From Haliotis rubra (taxonomy: Eukaryota): a DNA stretch of 64,000 nucleotides. The notes under the pieces were generated by a model that did not search any database, was not told where the DNA came from, and worked only from the letters and a program-made list of their open reading frames with translations. Made by a program: the position numbers and the translations under genes. The stretch's first letter is position 1. Each line of letters begins with the position of its first letter. The stretch is taken from NCBI RefSeq assembly GCF_003918875.1, contig NW_025767318.1, positions 372,001-436,000 of the forward strand. Direction: 5' to 3'. Positions 49,891 through 63,330 of this stretch are shown here, in pieces.

Positions 49891-50341
49891 TGAATGTATT
49901 GATCGGGAAGCCAGGTTTCGACTCACACGGGGTTTTTTTATTTCTTGTCTATCAATCCCCAAAGTAGGTGACCTTTTATATAGATGACCTTCTACAGCTG
50001 GCGGGCCAATACGATTCTTGAAAAAATGAATAATGATAAAGATCCCATATCTATTTTAGCTGAGACGTTTGGGCATTTTGTGAACTTGTAACCGGCAGAA
50101 AACACGTGCATGTGGTGTTACCCGGTACAAATTTAGAGTATCCACACTCTCAAACAAAAGGAACCAGCTTTGCGATTCCGGGTTAGAATCGGCACAGGGC
50201 AGCCGACACTGGTCTGAAGCGACCAAATAAATCGGGTGTTCAGGCACTTTGTTTGACTGCGAATCAGTGTACATTGACGGCTCACAATATTTACAGTATT
50301 ATTACGTCTCTTTTGTTTGTGCACCGCTCTCGTCCAGCGAT

Positions 50342-50512
50342 TGGGGCGGTGGTGTAGCCTGTATTGGTTATAAAAGTCTTCGCTCGTCAGGCCGACGACC
50401 CGGGTTCAAGTCCCCACGTGGATACAAGGTGTGAAGCCCATTTCTGGTGTCCTCTGCAGTGATAATGTTTGAATATTGCTAAAAGCGGCCCGCAAAAACG
50501 TCACTCACTCAT
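50342..50512 (+). mobile_element. tRNA-derived SINE family 1 (diverged)
   Basis: Consensus match. Confidence 0.8.
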
Positions 50513-50933
50513 CTTGCCAGAATATTGTCATGTGCGTCTTCAAACATCTAACAAACCTGAATGCAACTGTTTGTGAGAGGTAATTTATGAACCAATGACT
50601 TTCAAGTCGACCTTGACATTTGACACAATCGTGATGCATGTTAGATTTGATTTGTCTTAATGCATTGCTTTTTTATGAAACAATGATGAATATTGAACCA
50701 CGTTATAATCTGTGTCGTCTGGTAGCTGTTTCTTATCGTTCTAGTAATAGATAGTCGAGTTATCTTATAAACAAGCATTTATGGCGCTAATCTCACAGTG
50801 AGTGGCCTTCACCTTTAATGACGTCAATAATCTTGCGACATTATTAGATGTTTCCAAATTAGGTGGTTATACATCATACTAATAAGACATTACTAATTAA
50901 ATACAATTGTCCTCGTTTACACAAGCCTCTCAA

Positions 50934-51080
50934 GGGGCGATGAGGTAGCCCAGTGGTTAAAGCGTCTCACTCGTCACGCCGAAGACCCGGTTTCGATTCC
51001 CCACATGTGTACAATATGTGAAGCAATTTTCTGGTGTCCCCCCGCCGTGACATTGCTGGAGAATTGCCAAACACACTCAC
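50934..51080 (+). mobile_element. tRNA-derived SINE family 1 (diverged)
   Basis: Consensus match. Confidence 0.8.
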
Positions 51081-51195
51081 TTATTGTTCATTCCGAATGC
51101 CTCCAAACATTCCAGAGCATACACGTGACGCATTTCAAACTATTGAGGCTCAGGTATCTGTCAGAAGTGGATGGATGGTCAATATCTCAAATTAG

Positions 51196-51621
51196 TATGG
51201 AATCCTAGAAGGGACATTCTCGCGTTGTCGCGTTGTCGCCTTTTCAAAAACAAGCCAAAGAGGCAAAATGAACCAAAGCGCTACTATGCAAAACGGCCAT
51301 TTTGTCGCGTTTTGAATGATATTTCTCTATTCATGCAAAGGGCGACATAACGACAATTTTCAAAGTCTAAATATGTTGCGTTGTCGCACTGTCGTCCCAA
51401 CTAAGATGTATTAAAAAAAAGCAAAAAAATGAGCGACAACGCAACAACGCGACATAATGAATATGTCGCATTGTCGCGTTGTCGCCTTTTTCGATTACCG
51501 GTGCGCATGTGTAGAAAGTCAACTAAATGCACAAATGGCTAAATTGTTTTGGTTAATTTTGCCTCTTTTTGCTTGTTTTTGAGAGGGTGACATCGCGACA
51601 TTTCCCTTCTAGGATTCCATA
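51196..51621. mobile_element. Palindromic MITE
   Basis: TIR TATGGAATCCTAGAAGGGA...TCCCTTCTAGGATTCCATA; internal TTGTCGC repeats. Confidence 0.85.
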
Positions 51622-52102
51622 AATCAAAGCCAACATCCGAATATCTCTGCTTGTGATTTTGATCCAAATAAGCTTTCATACATAACACATCATAATTCGG
51701 TTACCAGGTCTGAGATTATAACACAGGACACAAGATCCTATCTTGTCTTAGTTCAGGGCGCAGCTTTGACACAATACTTATTACTCCAGGTCACCACTAA
51801 TATTTCAACAAGTAAATGATCTTGAAAAGCATCAGAATCTAACACAAGTAAGCATCATTATAATGATGTCTGGAAAAAGGAAAGGTGTGGAAACGTCCCT
51901 TCATGTTTATACAAGACTAATTTCTGTTGATGGTAAGCAACACTCAGTCGTCGTAAGCTGACGTACAAAGAAAATTACATAAATTATATTTTTAATTGTA
52001 AAAACTGTAAAAGAGACCAATCAAAGGCAACCATCGTTTTTGTGTCCAGCCAAAGTATAAAAAACGCGCCATTTTAGCAGCGCCCTTGATATACTTGAAT
52101 CA

Positions 52103-52371
52103 AGTGAGTGAGTGAGTTTAGTTTTACGCCGCACTCAGCAATATTCCAGCTATATGGCGGCGGTTTGTAAATAATCGAGTCTGGACCAGACAATCCAGTG
52201 ATCAACAGCATGAGCATCGATCTGCGCAATTGGGAACCGATGACATGTGTCAACCAAGTCAGCGAGCCTGACCACCCGATCCCGTTAGTCGCCTTTTACG
52301 ACAAGCATAGTTGCCTTTTATGACAAGAATGGGTTGCTGAAGACCTATTCTACCCCGGATCTTCACGGGTC
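52103..52371 (-). mobile_element. Retroposon family 2, full length
   Basis: TSD ACTTGAATCA. Confidence 0.9.
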
Positions 52372-53325
52372 ACTTGAATCACTTCCCGACTGCTCTGCTG
52401 GAACATCTCCAAATCAGAAATATAGCCAATAACAAAGTCACTTGTCGTACTTATAATTTATGCGAAGTTTCACAATAACCTACAACAGCTCATAAAGATC
52501 GGAGAATGAGCCCTACACGCATTTTAACAAACATAAACTCCGATCTGCTGCCTTGGAAACGCAAAAATAAAAGCATATATAGCGAGAAAGACTTAAAAAG
52601 TATGCAAAGTTTAATAACAAATATTTACTTAAATTTCTCCGGAAATTAATCCATCCTTCATTCTCAAACTCCTGTTTATCAGAGGTCATTTTCAGCACTT
52701 CACGGTTATACACTGTTTCAAGTGATGGAGGGAACTACTTTTGCGGTGGCAAAAGCTAGTTCAACCGACGCAACTAAGTTACATCGAGAGAGAAATTGAA
52801 AACCTTATTAAAAAAAGAAATCTTAATATAAGACGCCTGCCTCGAATAAACGCCAGTACCGATGGCACAACACAACACAAGAACGGTCCTTATTGGTGGA
52901 TTTATGGACACGTCAGTGGTTAATAGTACGCTGTCTGTGGGTATAGGCGTCGTAAAGCCTCACTCACTCACTCACTCACTCGCAAATAAGGTCGGTGGGG
53001 TAGCCTAATGGTTAAAGCAGGTTGCAGGGCATTTATAATCCTGCGGTCTAATTCAAGTCAAGATTAGATGTGGGCGGTGAGGTAGCCTTGTGGCTAAAGC
53101 GTCCGCTCGTCACGCCGGAGACCTGGGTTCGATTCCCCACATGGGTACAATGTGTGACACTGCTGGAATATTGCTAAAACCAGCGTAAAACCATACTATA
53201 GTCCGTTTGGCTCAAAAGCGGACCGATGAATTGCAATGTAACTCGAAAACTAATAAACATATAATACTCAATGAAAAGCTGATCATAATCAAAACATCAG
53301 ACCAACTCTGTGAGGTTTTTGCAGA

Positions 53326-53622
53326 ATTTATGTCCTAAAATTAAAAAGTTGTTTAACAAACTATCATTAAAATATTGACAAAGTTCACTATTTCTTACGA
53401 GGGGAGGAGTGCAGAGAAAGGGACAGGCAGGTGTTAGAGAAGCACGTGCACCAGTGCCCACCAAGTTATTGATTCATTAACCTGTGCTGTGCCGTCTCCA
53501 TCCTTTCTCGCACACCTGGCTGTCCCTTTCTCTGCACTCCTCCCTCGTAACAAATAGTAAACTGTGTCCAAATTTTAATGATAGTTTGTTAAACAATTTT
53601 TTTTATTTTTTAGGATATAAAT
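53326..53622. repeat. Fold-back inverted repeat (~115-bp arms)
   Basis: TTTAACAAACTATCATTAAAAT...GAGGAGTGCAGAGAAAGGGACAG is mirrored at 53505-53622. Confidence 0.85.
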
Positions 53623-54924
53623 AACTCACTCAACTCACGCACTCGCAAATAATCACTGAAGCGTACGTAAAACATCTTCTCTTAGTGGCGTTTAGAATTC
53701 CTAATAATATTTGATTGTTTATTATTTAACGCCGCACTCAGCAATATCCCAGCTCTATGGTTGCGATTAAATACTCGGGTCTGGACCAGACAATCCAGTG
53801 ATCAACAGTATGAGCATCGGTCTAGGCACACTGGCATACGAATGATGAGCAAGGTAGATCTACGTAGAAAATAGCCAGGAAGGAAAACCTTTCTCCTTCT
53901 CACTTTGCAGCAAAATGTTTATAACTATTGTGAAATTCGATCAGAGCGTTTTTAAAAATATTGTTCATATGTTTCGCCAGAGACCATATACCGCACATAG
54001 ATTTAAGTTGTTATATCGCATTTCACGTTTAACCAAACTACACCTTTTAGACAACGCCGGCCGTCGCTTTCCCTGTGATAAAGACAAAGGTTATCGATAT
54101 ATTGGTGACTGTAGTTCTGTGTGACCTCACTGGTGAAGAGTAATTTCATATTTTATCTGAATACTCTTTGTATGCAAGAAAGAAAGAAACATGTAACTAA
54201 TTCTGTAACAATATGCTAAACCAACAGACATTTGCACACCTTTAAAAACACAACTTACAATTCGCTAGATTCATTCTTAAAAGACAAGCTGTCTAGAGAT
54301 TTATGACAACTGGGTATAATTGCGTGTAACTCATCTTAACAGACGGCCTGTAGAGCTACATACTGTTTTCTAAAATTGTCACTGTGCCTCTTGGGAACAA
54401 ATACCAATAAAGGTTTGCATTTTGAAATAATGACATAGCCAGATTTTATATTGCGCTGTTGACAAATGATTTAGCATTTTAAACTGATCTTAAACTAGTT
54501 TTAATTAATCTGTGATAATTTAGTTGTTTTGCTGTTCTTCGCTAATAGCATTTTTAAAAAATATAAATACACATATCTATATTTTCAGTATACGGCTCTT
54601 TGTCTTCACGATATGGCTGAATATTGACGTAAAATGTTAACTCACTCACTATAAACTCACTTAAAATAATAGCATCCCATTTGAGGACATCCATATGTAT
54701 GTGTGATGGTGCTACATGAAAAGGCTATCGCTTTACTTATATCAAATTGTTGTTGAATACTATTTTTTTTCATTTTGCAGTTGATGCGAACCGTTATAAA
54801 ATTCAACCCGTCTACATATGCCGTCTGCACATTCGTGACCAACTCGTGTTATTCCGGGACATGCCGAAGAACGAGGTTACGGAAAGGGGCGAGTGGTGAC
54901 GAATGGCGTGGTCCCAGACAAAGT

Positions 54925-54988
54925 CGTTTCCGGAAATTATCTCCCTTTAGCGTCTCTGGCTTTTTTGAGCTGTTGTTGAGCCACTGAG
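54925..54988 (+). promoter_or_regulatory. Candidate DHX9 promoter / non-coding first exon
   Basis: CpG-richer patch with TTCCGGAA, a pyrimidine-rich start and donor-like GAG|GTAGAC at 54989, 1.5 kb before the ATG-exon acceptor (56478). Inference only. Confidence 0.35.
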
Positions 54989-56494
54989 GTAGACTTTCGT
55001 GTTTTCTACGAATGCGCTTGACATGTTTTTCATTTTATGTGCATTATTGGTGATGTGAAGTTCAAGGAAGTCTTTTTCATATCAAAACTAGACTTTATAC
55101 GTGTAGACAAAAGTAGAACATTACATAAACTCCTTTCCATTTGTTTAAGTCATGATGTGTCCGGTTTTCGATCAGTAATCTTTTGTTCTAATTTGGCATT
55201 GCTTACAGTCAGTGTGGTTAATTTACAGCAACGCCAGTCTAACATGAACGAGCAGTCCGGTTCAATGTTGGTATTTGTGTTTACAAACGGAACAAACTGA
55301 ACGTAAGAAGAAACGCACTGAAAGCAGAACCGTTAATTCACAGTGAGACAGTGAACGAGGTGCGTTATCACTGACCATTCTGACGCTGAAGGGGATTTAG
55401 TCGGCAAGGGTACTACAGTTATGGGGAGTACTACACTTTACCGGGCGCACTTTTTCAGATTAATTAGCACTGCTGAGATTCCCTAACCCTAAAGATCGTA
55501 AAGGGTGCAGCGAAGGCTGCACCCGGTAAAGTGCATTCTAGCCCAGTTATGTACCCAAGTTACATTTCTGTATACAGGTTACTACCCTAGCCAAAATCTG
55601 AATACAGAAACGTAGGATGCATTCTGCATTGTGCTGTTTTCTTCATCGGAACTGTCATACTGTTGTAATACATTTGATTACCTTATATAAGAAACGACCA
55701 TACACAGTATCACATATTTCGCAATGCACAATACCACTCAAAATCAGTTGAACAGGAATAACTACATACAGTTTTGGGTTGCGGAATATGGACTCGTCCG
55801 CCGTTTAGGGTGCCGGGAATGTTTACTGTATTTTTATTTTGTTTACACATCTTTAGTACCTGTGCTGACAATGACCCCTTCAGCATCACTGACGGGGTCA
55901 TGGGTGCCTTCATGCCAGTTTTTTTTGCATTACAAGCCCCTGTACGTTAGGTGATTTGAAATATCACCTCTCAGAATTTACACAGTAAAAAAGTGCATTG
56001 AAATGCCAACACCTTATGATGTATTTATTACATGGAAAGTCTGATTGGGGAATTGACAGATTACATTCAGTTTGGTATATACCTCAGTATGCAGTTACAC
56101 CCAACCTGGTTGTTATCTTGGTACTTTTTACAACTATGCTTGTGAATACCCAAGTTACACCCCACATTGGGAGAGACATCAAGTAATCGTAAATGTTTTA
56201 GGGTGGATGCTTTCCCTATCATATCAGCCATTTGACCAAAGTTAGTACAGTTTGTAACACAGATTCGTATTGAGATTGGAGAAAAATCACTTTTAAACTT
56301 ATAATGGATCAAACAAGGACATTTCGACAACTACTAAATAGATCAATTCCATCCTCATTGGCAAATGTTATTATGACACAATTAGAGTAACTGGTGCTAT
56401 TAATTAATAAAAATAATGTGGTACTTATATCCTGATTTATGCTTTTGGTATATATCAGTTCTAGTTCCATGGTTTCAGGAGTGAATGAGACAGC

Positions 56495-56605
56495 ATGGGT
56501 GACATCAAGCAGTTTCTTTATGCATGGCTGGGGAAGAAGAAGGTCACCCCAGATTATGACTTCAATACAGGGGGACCAAAACATCGTATGAGGTTCAAGT
56601 GTGAG
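56495..56605 (+). CDS. DHX9: ATP-dependent RNA helicase A, first coding exon (dsRBD1)
   Basis: MGDIKQFLYAWLGKKKVTPDYDFNTGGPKHRMRFKCE matches the DHX9/maleless N-terminus; donor gag|gtatg. Confidence 0.93.
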
Positions 56606-57245
56606 GTATGTTCCACAAACAACAGCAGTTTATATAGATCCTGGTAATATCTGCAAGCACTATCACCTTCGAACATCATTTTAGTCAGCTAGTTCAAAAC
56701 TACTTACTTGTGTGAACAAGTAAACATCCAATGATGGTAGTGATTATAGAGAAGCTGAGAGCTATAAGTCCTAACCTGTTCTCAGTGCTTCAGTTTTGCT
56801 AGAATTTACAAATTCATACTGTAACTCTATAGCAGGATATTACCGGTACTGATGTCATCATGTCTCACGAAGTAGAGGGTTTTGTTTTTATCGATACTGT
56901 ATCAGCATGATCAATACATATCTATGAATATGAAAACTTGATAATTCACTGCCACAGAAGGTATACAAATATTAAGATTATCATTGTTAAGACACACAAT
57001 GAAAAGTCAAGCACACAATTTATTTTTAATCATATAATGGATCCTCCTAGTTCATTTTAGTGTTGACAGTTGCAGGTCTACAGGTATAGCATCAGGAGGT
57101 ATAGCTAATGATATTACGACTCGGTATATATCCTGATACTTTTAAGACAATATATCAATACAAAAAATTTCACCTCAATTACACACCTACCTTTCAGAAG
57201 GAATTTGGCACCCAAAAAAAGCCTAAATTCTTTATTGTTCACTAG

Positions 57246-57380
57246 GTTCGTGTTGATGGCTACGACTACGTTGGTGTTGGCAACTCCACCAGCAAGAAGG
57301 ATGCACAGGCCAACGCTGCCAGGGACTTTTGTCAGTATCTTGTCCGCAAATCAGAAATGCTTGCCAGCGAAATACCTGGG
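57246..57380 (+). CDS. DHX9: DHX9 coding exon 2 (dsRBD1)
   Basis: VRVDGYDYVGVGNSTSKKDAQANAARDFCQYLVR...; donor gtgagt. Confidence 0.93.
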
Positions 57381-57618
57381 GTGAGTCATAAAATATCTGG
57401 CATCATTTGATGACATTCAGACAATCTGGAAGTGCTCTACTGATCCACAAGGGCTCTACTGATTTGTATATATCAACAAGGTGATCAACTAGACAACAGT
57501 TGTCAGATTTTTTGTAGTCTGCTTTTGCAGTCTTTGCCGTATTTCACGAATTTCAAGAGTAATAAAAAAACTACTGATCTGATATGATGTGATAGTTTAG
57601 TAGGATTCATACAGAATA

Positions 57619-57858
57619 AACCCGTGAAGATCCGGGTTAGAATTGATCTTCAGTAACCCATGCTTGTCGTAAGAGGTGACTAACAGGATTGGTTGGTCAG
57701 GCTCGCTGACTTGGTTGGCACATGTCATCGTATCCGAATTGCGCAGATCAATGCTCATGCTGTTGATCACTGGATTGTCTGGTACAGACTCGATTATTTA
57801 CAGACCGCCAATATAGCTGGAATATTGCTGAGTGTGGCGTAAAAGTAAAGTCACTCAC
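57619..57858 (+). mobile_element. Retroposon family 2 in DHX9 intron
   Basis: TSD TCATACAGAATA. Confidence 0.9.
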
Positions 57859-58006
57859 TCATACAGAATAGTTACAAATCAGATAAGTAATAAGCCTGAA
57901 GTAAAATACAACTGAGATAAAAAGCCTGTAAACTGTTTTCAACACATTTTGCAAAGGTGTTACAATGTTTAATGGTGCAAGAGAGTAAACTCACTGTTTC
58001 TCACAG

Positions 58007-58105
58007 CTGGAGCTGACTACAGCGCGCCACCACAGCCAGGGGCAGATACCTTTAGAGAAGGGGCTGGATTACCTGGAGGACGTCTCCCGCCTCACCAGAC
58101 CCTTG
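58007..58105 (+). CDS. DHX9: DHX9 coding exon 3 (linker; 5' phase unresolved)
   Basis: ...PPQPGADTFREGAGLPGGRLPPHQTL resembles the DHX9 linker GG.LPPH; cacag acceptor, g|gtatac donor. Confidence 0.7.
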
Positions 58106-59227
58106 GTATACTATTTCTTCAATTATTGAATTACTGAGAGTCTCTTCACACTGTCTGTATCATTGCCATTGTATTGAAATGTGTTCTATCCACATCTGTT
58201 GAAATCACTTTTGGGTAATCGGGGTAATGAACATATTCATGTTCAATTATTTAAACAACTCCTTGAATTTTTAATTGTTTTGCTCAATTCTTTAATTATG
58301 CTAAAGTTGTGGGCACAGAACAGTCCTGGTCCTACCTCATTCTGTGGAACAGTTGAACAAAATTCAAACTCATTCACCTGATGAAGGAGTAAGGATATAC
58401 CCAGAAACATTGTGTTCCTCTTAATAAAGAAGTTGACATCCATAAAAAGTCTCTTCCTTAGTTGAACAAAATGTATGTTAATTTCACATGAAGTCCTCTA
58501 ATGAATGTTAGTTAGTGTTCAGTCAAATTATTAATTTGATGTCAGCCACAAATGAAGGAGGAAAATAGAAGCCAAGAACACCATGCTCTTGTGTCATCAT
58601 ACTTTAAGGCCTCATTCCCCCATTGGGATTCCGCATTGGAATTGTTCTCTAACAACAAGGATGCACGCCACCAAACAGATTGTGTGGGCCGACTCAAGGA
58701 CTGCGTTGATTGCAAGTTCTCATACCAGTGTTCACTAATAGCGTCTGACCCTCTGACAAATCCGGCAGATTCGCCAACGGTCAGAAAGAAGTCTACAACC
58801 CGCCGGCCCCAGTGTCTGACTGTGTATTTCACAATGACTTTGACTGAAGTTGTTTTATGGGACATGTGACACTTGTTTGCTGTTTACAAATCTTATGTTT
58901 GTTAATAATTTCAATGTCAATTATAAGAAATATTAAATCTGAAATGTGTGTTTAATTTTATTCCATGGGTCCTGTGCATTTTCAATGGGTCAGACAGACA
59001 TCTGAAACTTACAGGACCCAATGTCCTGTGACTTTGAAACACCATTCGTGAACACTGTCATACGCTGATGACATGGATCATTGTTCTTATAGCATCACTG
59101 GATTGTCTGGTTGAGACTGCTGTAATACGGGTGGAATATTGCTGCGTGTGACATAAAGCAACCAATAAACAAACTATCTACCTTATCTATGTGAAGCTCC
59201 TTCATTCACGCTTACCTCCCCTTGCAG

Positions 59228-59340
59228 GTGGCGCTGACAGCAAACCAATGGGTGCACCCCGCGAGTTTCCCATGTACCAGAGAGGACCACCACAGGCTTA
59301 TCTCGACAGGCTGGCTGCTGACAAGAGAGTTATGGAAGAG
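59228..59340 (+). CDS. DHX9: DHX9 coding exon 4
   Basis: ttgcag|GT GADSKPMGAPREFPMYQRGPPQAYLDRLAADKRVMEE|gtac; in phase with the next exon. Confidence 0.8.
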
Positions 59341-59527
59341 GTACAGTTTACTTCCACCTTCAACAGTAACTTAAATTTTAAACAGTCAGTGATGGATTCC
59401 ACACCACAGTTGGATTTTCCTATTTAACATCACAATCAAAGGAACTTTTTCTGTCTGGGTTCAAAAGTCAGGACATGACTCACATCTGCTTTGTGCTTGG
59501 TAAATAGAAATCTTTTTTGACTTTCAG

Positions 59528-59667
59528 TCCGAGGATGTAGACTTGAATGCTGATATCCATGGCAACTGGACGCTGGAGAATGCCAAGAGTCGACTTCACC
59601 AGTTTCTGCAGCAACATAAAATACATACAGATTACAAGTATTCCATGATGGGACCTGACCACAACCG
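59528..59667 (+). CDS. DHX9: DHX9 coding exon 5 (start of dsRBD2); gene continues past the window
   Basis: SEDVDLNADIHGNWTLENAKSRLHQFLQQHKIHTDYKYSMMGPDHNR, a diagnostic DHX9 motif; donor cg|gtaaga. Confidence 0.95.
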
Positions 59668-59676
59668 GTAAGAGTA

Positions 59677-61690
59677 AGATACACACAGACTACAAGTACA
59701 GACACGATACAGACAGACTAAAAGTACACACAAACTACACACAGACACAGACTACAAGTACACAAGATACACACAGTAAGGTACACACAAGATACACACA
59801 GACTACAAGTACACACAGACTAAACTATACACACACATACAAGTACACACAAGATACACACAGACTACAAGTACACACAAAGATACACACAGACTACAAG
59901 TACACATACACAAGATACACACACAGACTACAAGTACACACAAGATACACACAGACTACATACACACAAGATACACTACACTGCAGGTACACACAAGATA
60001 CACAACAACGATATACACTACACAAGATACACTACAGATACACACACTACAAGTACACACAAGATACACACACTACAAGTACACACAAGATACACACACT
60101 ACAAGTACACACAAGATACAGTACACACACGAAGTGCACTACAAAAGTACAGATACACACACTACAAGACACACACACTACAAGTACACATGATACACTA
60201 CACTACAAGTACACACAATACATGCACACAGACTACAAGTACACACACAGATACACACACTACAAGCAACACACAACGATACACACACTACAAGATACAC
60301 ACACACACTACAGTACACACTACAAGTACACACGACACACAAGATACACAGACTACAAGTACACACGATACACACACTACAAGTACACATACACACAGAC
60401 GATACAAGTACACGAATGCACAACTACAATACACACGATACACACTACAAGTACACATAACATCCATACTACACTACAAGTATATACACACGGACTACAA
60501 GTACACACGATACACAATACACTACAAGTACAGATACAAGTACACACGATACACACACTACAAGTACACACAAGATACACACACTACAAGTGCACACACG
60601 ACGATACACACACTACAAGTACACACACGATACACGGACTACAAGTACACACATACACACTACAACTACATGTACACAAGATACACACACTACAAGTACA
60701 CACGATACACACACTACAAGTACATGGACACACACACACACACTACAAGTACACAGTAATACACACACACACTACAAGTACACACAAGACACACTACAGT
60801 ACACACAACGATACACACACTACAATGTAATACACACACACACTACACACAAGATACACACTACAAGTACACGATACACAACTACAGTACAAGTACACAC
60901 AAGATAGTACAGCCTCGGACTACAAGTACACACACGATACACACACACTACAGTACACACACACACAATACACACACGAGGATTACAAGTACACACATAT
61001 ACAGTACACTACAAGATACACACACAAATACACACACACAGGGACACAACAAATACACACACTACAATACACACAATACTACAATTACAACACACAATAC
61101 ACACAGACTACACAACACAACTAAGAACACACACAGTACACACATACACACAATAATACATACAAGTACACACAGATGCACACAGTACAAATAGATGGCT
61201 TAGTGGTAGAGTCCCAGAGATAGCGGAAGGTCGGCGGGTTCGATCCCTGACCCCTCATACCAAAAGATGTTAAATATGGTACTTGTTGGTCCCTGCCTGG
61301 TGCTCGGCATTAATGGGTGTATAATGTGTTTTGAGTGGGGTATTCATGCTTCACTGCGCGCATGGTATCTCAGTGATCTAGCACTATAAAACCAGCTTAA
61401 GTCTGGGCTAGTACAAGCAGCCGCACGTACATCACACAGTACAAGTAACATGCACGATACAATCATATGAGATACACAAATATTCTCAAGAACACACAGT
61501 ACGACTACATTAAACACCAATTTCACTTCACCTCACAGTACTTACAGTACAAGTACACACAGTACAAGTACATACTACATACAAGATACACACAGTACAA
61601 GTACATACAAGATACACACAGTACAAGTACACACAAGATACACACAGACTGTAAGTACACACAAGATACACACACACTATCAGTACACAG
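59677..61690. repeat. CA-rich degenerate minisatellite in DHX9 intron, interrupted by a family 3 SINE (61195-61430)
   Basis: Unit resembles ACACACAAGATACACACAGACTACAAGT. Confidence 0.92.
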
Positions 61691-62144
61691 GCCACAACCC
61701 GTGAATGACCAAGGGTCACACACAATAAAAGAGTCACAATATTAAAGACAAGATATGCATTAGGACTATAAGTCCTAAGCCAGCAGTGAGTGTTAAACAC
61801 AGTTTGCTAGACTGCCAAGACACAATCCAGTGCCAGATGAGACTGGTGGCACCAGATTGTGGACAAACATCTGTTATCAGCATCATGGTCATGTAACCTT
61901 TGTGCTGATGGGTCAGTTCACTATGGCAACAGCTTGATAGACTGGCAAACAGTTTGGGATTCATACAAAATGATGCACATTTTGGCTGGAGGTATTCTGT
62001 CTGATGATAGAAGTCATTCATTCAAGTCATATTGCAATAATATCAAGATGTTACCATGTGATGGGAAAGTAGCATTGCTGGCGTACTCATCCCTGATAAT
62101 CCAGTGTATCATATCTCCATTCCATTATGACAATCAGGATCCAA

Positions 62145-62431
62145 TTGCTACCATGTCTTTAACTTCTTGGAGTGGCAATTTCAAAGTTTGGAAGTACAAT
62201 ATTGACAAACTTTATGGATAACAACTTCTATGTCCTGAATGTGATGTTTCGATACAGATTCTGCTGTCAAGCAGGACTGCAAGAATGCTTGACAACAGTC
62301 CAAGAATCTGTATCGAAACTCAGGAAATAGGAAGTGTTGTTGCCTTTAAAGTTTGTTAATATTGTACCATTTACCATTTTTGTTTGGAGGAAGTGACGTC
62401 CACATCTGTACTCAAAGCTATGGTAGCAAAT
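62145..62431. repeat. Degenerate fold-back element
   Basis: Mirrored arms TTGCTACCAT/ATGGTAGCAA, GTACAATATT/AATATTGTAC, GTTTCGATACAGATTCT/AGAATCTGTATCGAAAC. Confidence 0.75.
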
Positions 62432-63330
62432 GGTTCCATGACTGTAGAAATCCCCGCACTGTTAGAATGTGGAAATGATGCACTGAATCCTCAAGAATGG
62501 GCAGCGTAGTGGTTTGTTGAAACAACCTTCATCACTGTCAAGTGAGGGCCATGTTCTACATGACTTGTGGGGATCGTGGAGAAACAACCTTCATCATTTG
62601 TGGCACTGTTGCTGATAGAGAATCAGCTGTGTACCACGCAGTGGGCATGTTCAGCAGTACACCAGTCAAATTACTAAACACATCTCAAAGTATCGAGAAA
62701 ACTCCAGAAAGGTATCCAATGTAGGAAGATATAATTATTTATATCATTTATTTTAATAGTTACCTCAAGATGTTTAAAGATTTTGATATATTAGATGATA
62801 TACAAAATTTGATAAATTAGTATACAAAATTTAATGCAAACAATTGATGCAAACAATTGTGAACAAGCTATGGTTTTGATAATCAGGTGATTCAGGGTAT
62901 GTTGTGTAATGTTAGGATGTGTAATGTGATGACACAGCTCAGTCAGTGGTGTCACTGGCCGAGCTCTGGATGGAACTCTCTGTCTGGTGTACTGCTCAGC
63001 ATTCTTGAGGTTGTTTCTCCATGATCTAGGGGCCCGTGGTGGGGAACACTTGGGACCATCTTCTTGAGTCAGGGAGGAAAGTGACAGGTGAGTATCTTGT
63101 ATAATCAGACATTGTCCGATTTTGAATTCTGAGGTTAGAATAGATCCCCAGTAACTTATGCTTGTTGTAAGAGGCGATTAAACAGATTGGGTGGTCAGAC
63201 TTGGTGATCTGGTGTATCAATACTATCATTGTAGCAAAATGGCATTGATCGCAGTTCTCAGGGATGGTGGGGTAGTCTAGTGGTTAAAGCGTTTGCTCCT
63301 CACTCTGGAGACCCAAGTTCGATTCCTTAC

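Noticed and set aside
48187-49962. Three overlapping 511-591 aa minus-strand ORFs
   Set aside because: Translation of a stop-free 28-bp satellite with an exact 28-aa period in all frames; no evidence of a gene
2551-59667. Functional link between the nuclear receptor, the unknown cluster and DHX9
   Set aside because: Adjacency alone is not evidence in an animal genome; it would need synteny or co-expression data
60178-60907. His/Thr/Tyr-rich ORFs
   Set aside because: Products of the CA-rich intronic minisatellite
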